Positions 24,221-32,856 of a DNA stretch of 32,856 nt are shown in pieces. The notes beneath the pieces are model-generated. The model had not been told where the DNA came from, did not search any database, and worked only from the letters and a program-made list of their open reading frames with translations. Within the stretch, counting starts at the first letter, position 1; each line of letters starts with the position of its first letter. The stretch spans positions 1 through 32,856 of the forward strand of contig NW_021832178.1 of the NCBI RefSeq assembly GCF_006345805.1. The letters run 5' to 3'. The position numbers and the translations under genes were made by a program. This DNA comes from Octopus sinensis (Eukaryota).

Positions 24221-26209
24221 TTATGAAAATTTATAACCAAAGAATAGATAAATAGTTTATTGATTGTGTCTATTTTTACCATCTATTCATTATTGTAGGA
24301 ATATATATCATTGTTGAGTTTAATATAGTAATAGTACCCCTTTCACAAAACACGATACTTGATGCTGTGGACTTGATGGTCAACTGAGTATCTTAATCTT
24401 GAATGCCTTCGGTAATTGTCCACTGTATTATACGAAGTCCTCTCATGTTATGTGTGTACCAACTTCTACTTTGGTTCACGTTTTTATATACCCAAACAAA
24501 ATAATCTCTCAAATTTGAAATCTTCCCTGTTCGACACAAGCAACAAAACTAACTAATTTAGCAATAATATAATTAAACCCATTTAAAAAAAAAATTTTGT
24601 TGTGATATGTGTAAAGCTAAATAAGTACCATTTGATCACTGGATCGATTTGTCTTGACTACTCCTGGGTTTGAATATAAAAACTGTGAAGCTATGTCGAA
24701 CCAGAGCGGCTGAGTTAAGCCCATGAAACCAGTATCATTGCAAACTCAAATTCACGGCCCTCACATCGGACCGTGGCTGGTGGAGAGTAAATGCAGAGGC
24801 CTTCGTAGTGTAGTGGACTGAAAGTGGACAATCCAATCCAATTCAGGTGTAAAGTTAGACCTATTTTCGTTTTAATTTAGATTAAACAGATCCTTGAAAA
24901 AGCCATGTACTTAAAGCACGCGATGATTTAGCAGAGACGCTGATGCGTTGGGTAGAATGTCTTACAGTATCACTTCTGTGATATTTACCCAGCCTTTCGT
25001 CTTTTCGAGAATGATTAAAAGTACCAAGTCTAACCGATTGATTAGTAGAACTGAAAGAAAAAATACGTTGCGGTATTTGTCCTGCTGACTTCAGCTATAT
25101 CTTTCATCGTTTTTGAGTCTTAATGAACTAAACGCATTTTGAGTTCAGCAGAGCATATTCAAGAAAGAAAAATGGTTTAGTGCATTGAGATCCAAAACGT
25201 TGGATTAGTGAAAGTCTAGAAACTTGGGCCAGATCCTTTGCCACATTTGTTCCGGCTGTTTTGAGTGCTGAATTCAAATTTTACACCTATGTTCTACTTG
25301 GGTGGGAAACTTAAAACATCATCCGATTTTGCACAACCATATTGGCTTAAAGCTTGTAACAGAGAACTCACCTCTAAAGGTGTCGACCTCGGGACCCTGA
25401 TTGAATTTATTCTGTTGCAAACATTCGGGTAAGCAATCCAGTTTGAGGATCTCTCTCGCTCTCTCTTTCTTTCTCTCTCTCCGCATTACCAGTTTCTGTT
25501 AGTAATGAGATAAAAATGGCTCTTTGTTTAAAAAATCTGTTTCAAGTCTCTATTTCTACACTCTTTGGGTTGCGAAAGAAGACAAAACTTGCCTATTTAT
25601 TGTTACTGCCCTCATGAAGGACACAATGCTCGTTTGCACAATTGAATCCACGATCTTATTAACATAAACCAAACATCCTTAACCACTTGGCCTTCAGCCT
25701 CCTTCATTGTTTTTAGTCACATAGTTTCATAAACATATTACCGTTCTTACAATGTTTAAACACTAGTATGACACTTCGCTTCTCTCTTCACCGAATGTTC
25801 ATGGCATTTTCGTAGGTTTCCGCAGTCATTTGATCCCTGTTCATTCAATACTCCATCGTACATTAAATCACTATTCCATCCATAATAAATATTTTTTAAA
25901 CTTGATATATCATCTAATTGTTCAGGAATTAATAATGAACATTATCCACTTAAATAATGCAACAGCGCCTCTACTTGAAGCACTTCAACTCTTCCCTGAT
26001 TACATGAATAATAATTATGTTATGAAATAAACCATAAACCATAGCTGTCGGTATTTAGCTCCCATCAGACTCGATCAAGTAGATTTGAAAATGTGCAAGC
26101 CATGGCCATTGTGTCTTATTTTCAGACAGTTTAAGCAAATCTATATACAATGAGACCCTATTCTAAAACAGTTATGTCGTAATGCGTTGGCAACATGGCT
26201 ATTATTTCT

Positions 26210-26622
26210 TATTTCTTTATTGCCCACAAGCGACTAAACACAGAGGGGACAAACAAGGACAGACAAAGGGATTAAGTCTACTACAGTGACCCCAGTGCGT
26301 AACTGGTACTTAATTTATCGACCCCGAAAGGATGAAAGGCAAAGTCGACCTCGGAGGAATTTGAACTCAGAACATAACAGCAGACGAAATACCTGTTTCT
26401 TTACTACCCACAAGGGGCTAAAAACAGAGAGGACAAACAAGGACAGACAAACGGATTAAGTTGATTATATCAACCCAAGTATGTAACTGGTTCTCAATTT
26501 ATCGACTCCGAAAGGATGAAAGGTAAAATCAACCTCGGAGGAATTTGAACGCAGAACGTAACGGCAGACAAAATACCGCTAAACATTTCGCGCGGCGTGC
26601 TAACGATACTGCCAGCTCACCG
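26210..26622 (-). mobile_element. Family A SINE dimer (head + body + headless body), with a probable 9-bp TSD attatttct
   Basis: Units are 26210-26393 and 26394-26622. The junction agacgaaatacc|tgtttctttac is at the same position as those at 7368 and 7552. attatttct occurs at 26201-26209 and 26624-26632. Confidence 0.88.
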
Positions 26623-26939
26623 AATTATTTCTAGCAATCTGCTCGAAATAACAGATGGCTGTTATTTCTAGCAGATTGAGTGACCTCTTAGACGCCTCTT
26701 CATTGGCTCAAGTACCGCATAATATATCATTTTCCTGATTATACCAATCTGCTTCTAATCTATAACTCATATATGAATGTATATGATTTATAGTTTAGGA
26801 GAATTAATAAATACTTGAAACCTCTCACACGGTGGATTAATGCCAACAATATACTCCTAAATTCAGACAAAAGAGATTATATATAACTTTAACTCATATA
26901 AAAATCAAATCTTATAAAAGAAAATTGGTTTCACAAATA

Positions 26940-27141
26940 CGAGGGCGTGCTGAAAAGTACCTGGCTTAAAGGGTGTGGCGAAAAGCTTGGCTGGAGGCCC
27001 AAAATTCTGCGTTCTTTTACGAGGCTTAGAGAAGAATGGAGCGTATAAATCTGAGTGGGGAATATGTTGAATAAAATCATAATTAACTGATCCTCCTGAA
27101 TTTTCTTTTATCCAAAGCCAAGAACTCTTCAGAACTCGCTA
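26940..27141 (+). mobile_element. Mariner-derived MITE / internally deleted element
   Basis: TA|CGAGGGCGTGCTGAAAAGTACCTGGCTT has an imperfect inverted copy aagccaagaactcttcagaactcg at about 27115-27138. The internal GGG GAA TAT GTT GAA TAA (GEYVE*) matches the mariner transposase C-terminus. Confidence 0.75.
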
Positions 27142-27406
27142 CTATATGAATTACCCAAAGTTGTAAGTGACCAGATCCAATGTTCGGAGATGTAGACGAA
27201 CAACCGAATATGTAAATGATAATTTCGAAAAGTGCCATGGAAACATTTTGAACATTACACGAATAAACATTTCTTTACCAAATTTTGCCACTGAAAATAA
27301 TAAAGGAGCGTGCACAACGGATTAAGTGTGATGGGCTGGCAATCAGAATTCCATGGGCTCGATTCATGAATTGGGTGATGTGTTCATGACCAAAGTTTTT
27401 CCTGAC

Positions 27407-27442
27407 CAAGATATTGTTTCAGTTTACTGAAACAATATCTTG
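27407..27442. other. Perfect inverted repeat with 17-bp arms and a 2-nt spacer
   Basis: caagatattgtttcagt-tt-actgaaacaatatcttg. Confidence 0.95.
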
Positions 27443-27494
27443 CCAATGTAAAGATGGGCGAAAATCTGCTAAGCATTTTGCCAAGTGTTCAACT

Positions 27495-27697
27495 GGTACT
27501 TATTTTATCGATCCGAGAATATGAAAATCAAAGTCAACTTCGGCGGAATTTGAACTCAGAGTGTAAAGATGGACAAAAATCTGCTAAGCATTTTGCGCCG
27601 CATGCAAAAGATTCTGTTACCTCGCCGCTTTTACGCATGCAGTAAATATAAATGCCGTTAATTAGATGCAAAGCTTCGTGTCACAGCATAATCACAA
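27495..27697 (-). repeat. Family A SINE plus 65-bp 5' flank, duplicated at 29185-29382
   Basis: Colinear match. The flank 27633-27697 versus 29318-29382 differs at 1 of 65 positions. Confidence 0.9.
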
Positions 27698-27842
27698 TTC
27701 CGGAGGATGGCTGAGGTTCTGTATGTCTACTTGCAACTATGCATGCACTTGAAACAATTATGGAATGTGCTGATAAGTCAGACTATTTTGTGTAAAAAGT
27801 ATCCAACATAAAGCTGATATTATTTTCCATGTTTTTACTCAG

Positions 27843-28468
27843 GTTTTTCGTACATCTGGTGTAACTTTTGTGCGTCACAGAGTTTGGGAAGCATTTAAGG
27901 TTGAATGTCTGGTAAAACATGGGGGTGGTTTTACTATGGTGTGGGCCTGCATGTCTGCCACAGGACGCGGAGAAATATTTTTATGTCAGAGAAGGATGAA
28001 TCTAGCTACCTAGGTTTCTACGTTATCGGATGTTTTAGAGCCATTAATTCCTAAATTGCATCCAGGAGTGTCGAAAAACTGCTATCTTTCATACAGTCAA
28101 TGATGTGAGACACAGAGTATTGTTCCTATGGACTAGCTAGATCAGAGTCCCGATCTAAATCCGATCGAATAACTATGGGAAGCTCTCGGTGAAGCTATCA
28201 GGAACACGATAATTAAAAATAAAGAGCATTTGTATCGAAAGTTGAGAGAAGAATGGAGTAAAATTGCGCCTATCACCTGCAAGAAATTAGTTGAATGAAT
28301 GCTTAACCGTATAAAAGCGGCAACTGATGCTAAAGGAGGGTCAACCAGATATTAATTCTAAAGTGTATTGTGAAATATACCATAATCTACCACGTGCATG
28401 TGTTTCATTAACATTGAGATAGCAGAACCCCAAAACATTGGGTGGCCTAATACTTTTGACCAAGGCTG
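27843..28468 (+). mobile_element. Tc1-family transposase relic with its right terminal inverted repeat (TIR)
   Basis: Reads TFVRHRVWEAFKVECLVKHGGGFTMVWACMSATGRG..QSPDLNPIE*LWEAL..KEHLYRKLREEWSKI..CKKLVE*MLNRIKAATDAKGGSTRY* (stop at 28353-28355). The end ggtggcctaatacttttgaccaaggctg|TA is a Tc1-type TIR followed by TA. I found no left TIR. Confidence 0.92.
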
Positions 28469-29154
28469 TATATGTATACGTATTTTTATATTTTATACAT
28501 GTGCGTGGGTGGGATGGGGGGGGGGCTGTGCGTGTGTGTATGCTACAACAGAAGTTATATCATAAAGGAAACATCTAGAATTGTCTATAATTTTAATGCA
28601 ATATGAAGTGACTGCACCAACTCAACCTGTATAATTTCATATGTCATTTAATATGTCGAAATATCTATTTTAGATATCAACGTTTTTTTTTAAATGTTCA
28701 TTCTGCGTTTAAAATTAAACATTCTATAAATACTATTATAGAACTAGAAGTGAAAGTATTATTAACACTAACAAGCTTCCCTTTGCGGAACGAAATTATC
28801 GTTTATGCAAGAATACGTCTTCATAAATTTTGTTTTTCAATAAGAATATATATTTGAAGAAACTAGTCTCAATCTGGGAATAAGATTATGAATAGATCTT
28901 AGATGGATAGAAACTTCACTTGAATGTCTTGGTACTGGTTTGTAGTAGCGAAATGATAAATATAAATATGCAGTGACGAAGGCTGTAGGAAAAAGCAGGA
29001 ATACACACAGCCAGGCATAGAAATATACACTTACACAAACAAACGCATGCACTAATACATACACATTAAACATACATGCAAGAAGGAGATACACAAAGCA
29101 TACAGAAAATAATCATTTCCAAGTTTAGTACACGGCTAGTAATTTCTTGAGGGT

Positions 29155-29382
29155 GGGTAAATCGATAACATCGATCACTTGGTTCTTATTTTATCGATCC
29201 GAAAATATGAAAATCAAAGTCGACTTCGGCGGAATTTGAACTCAGAATGTAAAATGGACGGAAGTCTGCTAAGCGTTTTGCTCGGTGTGCTAAAGATTCT
29301 GTCACCTCACCGCTTTAACGCATGCAGAAAATATAAATGCCGTTAATTAGATGCAAAGCTTCGTGTCACAGCATAATCACAA
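29155..29382 (-). repeat. Family A SINE plus flank, second copy of the 27495-27697 duplication
   Basis: See 27495-27697. Confidence 0.9.
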
Positions 29383-29457
29383 AACTAATTAATTAGTGTT
29401 AATGACGTTGATACTAATGAGGACCTGTGATATGTTTATATGATATATATTAAAGAA

Positions 29458-30026
29458 TGGCTGTGTGGTAAGTAGCTTGCTTACCATCCACATGGTCCCG
29501 GGTTCGGTCCCACTGCGTGGCACCTTGGGCAAGTGTCTTCTACTATAGCCTCGTGCCAAGCAAAGAATTGTGAGTGGATGTGGTAGACGGAAAGTGGAAG
29601 AAGCCTTCGCTAGCCACTACACATTCTTTATGTTCTCTCCTTGTTTCTTTCTGTGTCGCTTTCTATAGAAGAGCGTAGGCTCAAAATGTTAAAGACTTTT
29701 TCACTTGCCGAGCGTTAAACTAATACATCTGTTTGTTGTCTACACCACCTGCCTTCGTCTTTTGGGTTTTTTTGTGAATTCCCCCCATATATACATGTAT
29801 ATGTATGTATGTGTGTATATGTTTGTGTGTCTGTGTTTGTCCTTCTAACATTACTTGAGAACCGATGCTGGTGTGTTTACATCCCCGTAGCTTAGCGGTT
29901 CGGCAAAAGAGACCGATAGAATAAGTACTAGGCTTACAAAGAATAAGCCCTGGGGTTGATTTGCTCGACTAAAGGCGGTGCTCCAGCATGGCCACATTCA
30001 AATGACTGAAACAAGTAAAAGAGTAA
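29458..30026 (+). mobile_element. Family B SINE interrupted by a PLE terminal fragment and microsatellite
   Basis: The 5' half spans 29458-29590 (tggctgtgtggtaagtagc..gggttcggtccc..caccttgggcaagtg). The 3' half spans about 29855-30026. Confidence 0.88.
29600..29790 (+). mobile_element. PLE terminal repeat copy 3 (diverged subfamily), with a decayed hammerhead at 29659-29694
   Basis: Reads CTTT-CTATAGA-A-GAGC-GTAG-GCTC-AAAA-TGT-T-AAAG. The architecture is the same as 1333-1367, with cgaaacg changed to caaaatg, as expected from CpG decay. Confidence 0.55.
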
Positions 30027-30179
30027 ACGTGTATGTATTTAAGGTATCAACCCTAGAAATATGAAACGTGAAATAAGAGAGCTGGAGTTTTCATAGTCTT
30101 CAAAAGGCAGAAAACGATGAGATGTTTCTCACTACAACATACAACACCGGAGATTTCTACCCTCACTTTTGATTTAGCG

Positions 30180-30505
30180 CAGTGTTTTTTGACTGGATCC
30201 ATATAACCTCTGGGGTCGACATAAAATTTTTGGCCCCCACGCATGCAAAATGCTAAATGACTCACAGTAGTTTTTTAAGTATCCATGAAATATTTTGATT
30301 TAGATGTATTTATTGCGAGAAACAGCTAAGTTTCTTTCTCAAACGTTTTATATAGTTCAGCCACACAAGTTAATATGTGCAAAATAAAATGAGAATTTTG
30401 AAAAGAGTAGATATAAAACGACCTTTTAGATATCAAATGTTTTGGGGCGTCCACCGGAATAAAACAGTAATTAAAGGGGTCCTTTAAAAAATGGTGGAAA
30501 ATCTG
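30180..30505. mobile_element. hAT (Charlie-like) MITE
   Basis: Starts CAGTGTTTTTTGACTGG and ends atggtggaaaatctg. The flanking 8-mers atttagcg and ctttggcg match at 6 of 8 positions, consistent with a decayed 8-bp TSD. Confidence 0.55.
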
Positions 30506-31214
30506 CTTTGGCGTATCCTCATTTCATGTTTTGTGTTTCTGAAAATAACACCAATATAAGTGAATGGGCTTTGTCCTATGCCAGAGTGCGAAATTCTCCA
30601 TAACATAACATCCTGTATAGACTGGTATTTGGCCTGATTGCTGGTTTTATACCCTGTAAACTATTACAGTACACATAATTTGGGATGTACAGATTCACAG
30701 AGACAGGGAGTTTTTCATTCCACAACTGCGATAGAAATTTTAAATGACATGTAGCTATTAATTAGAAATGCAATTTAGAAAAGAAATGTAGCGTAAACTT
30801 TGTATTGATTTAACAAAGAAGAATATATATAGAAAACAAATGGAGAATCTATACATAGATATATAAGTGAATTGAATTTAATAGATCTTTTTTTTTGTGT
30901 GTGTGTGTGTGTGTTCTTAAATGGATAAGATTGCTCATTCCCGATGCTGCTTCAACAGTTTTAATACACATGCATTACATAGGTAGAGGCCCGAAGTGAC
31001 CAAAGTATATAATGTATTTCATGGCATAAGAGACATACTGGCATATTAGAGGCATCCGATTTCATCAGGACACAGTAATAAAATCAGTTTTGTGTGCATT
31101 AAGATTTATGTGAGGGTCAACTTCGCATATAGGATCCGGTTTCTTTCTCGCTCAACTTTTGATACCCGAATAAATCTGCGAAATCCGTTAAGTCTAGTGA
31201 TCACTACAGACACC

Positions 31215-31439
31215 ATGATGTTGACTGGATGTTTAATTTTTATCACTCTCGTTACATGTTTTGGGGACACGGCAAGCCAACGGTTATTCTGTGTGTTCAC
31301 GATCTGTTCGTACCTAAGGCTCCCGGCGCGACTGCCAAGTAGTACAGCATGTCTTTTCGAAATTTCTGGAGGAGTGAATTGCATCATGGTGCTATTTTTT
31401 TCACTGACGGTGCCCGACCGTCCTTACTATATTGTGTAG
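31215..31439 (+). CDS. Candidate short ORF or first coding exon with a signal-peptide-like N-terminus (74 aa, 6 Cys); unverified
   Basis: Start context is acaccATGATG. The translation begins MMLTGCLIFITLVTCFG-DTASQRLFC. It lies in unique, non-repetitive sequence. I recognise no definite homology. Confidence 0.25.
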   Translation: MMLTGCLIFITLVTCFGDTASQRLFCVFTICSYLRLPARLPSSTACLFEISGGVNCIMVLFFSLTVPDRPYYIV

Positions 31440-31539
31440 TCGACAAAATAAAAAACACGAAAAATTCGCATGCGTGAAATTAGAAATATGAAATGCCGAC
31501 AAGTTACCCATCGCACTCTGTATACATACAAATATACAT

Positions 31540-31585
<46 letters not shown>

Positions 31586-31695
31586 TGCGTATGCTCACAA
31601 TCGTACATACATCTATATGTAATAACTGAAGCAAGGTAATACAAAGTATATATGCCTATATATTATATATAATAACTGAAGTAATCAAATATATA

Positions 31696-31740
<45 letters not shown>

Positions 31741-31741
<1 letters not shown>

Positions 31742-32075
31742 GGTAAAGACCCCTTCGGTCAGGCACTGACCATGGGTTTGCACCTAGAGAGATACCCTCT
31801 GAGGCACAAGTCTGGGCAAGGTTGTTTTTATGGAAGACCAGCCAGTCGCCCATGCATACCGGCCTCCCCTCTCCACGTCACCGATGTTGTCCAAGGGAAA
31901 GGCAAGGGCCGATACAGCTTGGCACCTGTGACGTCGCAACTCGTTTCTACAGCTGAGTGAACTGGAGCAACGTGAAATAAAGTGCCTTGCTCAAGAACAC
32001 AACACGCAGCCCCGTCCGGGATTCGAGCTCACAACCTCACGATCGTAAGCTCGACGCTCTAACCACTGAGCCATG
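31741..32075 (-). mobile_element. Family C tRNA-derived SINE with a CORE-like middle
   Basis: Minus strand has an A box TGGCTCAGTGG, a B box GAGCTCGAATCC, then tgtgttcttgagcaaggcacttt..cagctgtagaaa (CORE-like). It is flanked by (TA)n on both sides. Confidence 0.9.
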
Positions 32076-32121
32076 TATATATATATATGTATTTATATAT
32101 ATGTATATATATATGTATATA

Positions 32122-32169
<48 letters not shown>

Positions 32170-32325
32170 TTGTATGTAATATAATATATGTATATATATA
32201 TGTATATATATGTTATACATTTATATATGTATATACCCACGTGTATTTGTGAGTGTAACTGGGTGTGCACAGAGAGGGAGAGAAAGAGAGCGAGAGAGAG
32301 AGCGAGAGAGAGAGAGAGAGAGAGC
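32076..32325. repeat. (TA)n and (GA)n microsatellites
   Basis: Directly visible. Confidence 0.92.
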
Positions 32326-32599
32326 GAAGCAGGGTAAATAGAATAATGATGCAGCGTAAACAGATACGAACCATACAAATAATAACAAATCTTACAACTG
32401 AGATCCAGATTCCAATAAAACTCTAAAAAGCTGACGGTAAAGTCAATTAAAACCGAAGTGAAATTCTGCAATGGCGCTTAGCCACACCTGTCAATCATCA
32501 CCGTTGAATTATCTGTACATGTCATTCATTCATGGATTTATCAGATAAGAGGAGGGGAAATCGGGTTTACTACTCCCATACCTATCCTACTCTCTGGCA

Positions 32600-32765
32600 G
32601 GCAGCAACAGCAGAATCAACAGGGCTATTATAGAAATAATAACAATATTAATCATAATATCAATATGAATCACAACACCAATATCAACATTACAGCAGTT
32701 ACAACAACAACAAAAACAACAACATAACGGCAACGAAAACAAAAACAACACCATCAACAACAACC
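32600..32765. repeat. Degenerate (AAC)n/(AAT)n trinucleotide tract
   Basis: Directly visible. It explains the ORF at 32587-32856. Confidence 0.85.
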
Positions 32766-32856
32766 ATGGTATAGCCGTCAACGAAACGTTCCCGCGTATA
32801 ACTGATCCTCTTCTGGAGATATATGTCTTTGGGGGGATGGAGAGGGAGGGAGTCAT

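Noticed and set aside
11-32856. The many YI-, CV-, MYVC- and HT-repeat ORFs in the track
   Set aside because: All coincide with (TA)n, (TG)n, (TATG)n or (CA)n microsatellites.

Overview
AT-rich, repeat-dominated eukaryotic DNA, most likely intronic or intergenic. The SINE families and the very high microsatellite load resemble an Octopus/cephalopod genome; this is inference from recalled repeat families, not a database result. I found no confidently identifiable host protein-coding gene. Nearly all ORFs in the supplied track are microsatellite read-throughs or antisense or fragmentary frames of dead transposons. The recognisable content is: relics of a Penelope-like element (PLE), an RTE/BovB-like LINE, a hAT (Buster/Charlie-like) transposase, a Chapaev3-like (CMC) transposase and a Tc1 transposase; mariner- and hAT-type MITEs; and many tRNA-derived SINEs from about four families, labelled A-D here. 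Three things stand out. (1) A minimal type I hammerhead ribozyme lies in the PLE terminal repeat; three copies are present and show compensatory stem changes. (2) The window holds a snapshot series of SINE dimer formation: an empty site, a filled site with a 19-bp target-site duplication (TSD), a dispersed dimer and a recombined trimer, all sharing one junction position. (3) There are two local duplications and a perfect 36-bp palindrome. Element boundaries were read by eye and are approximate unless stated as exact.
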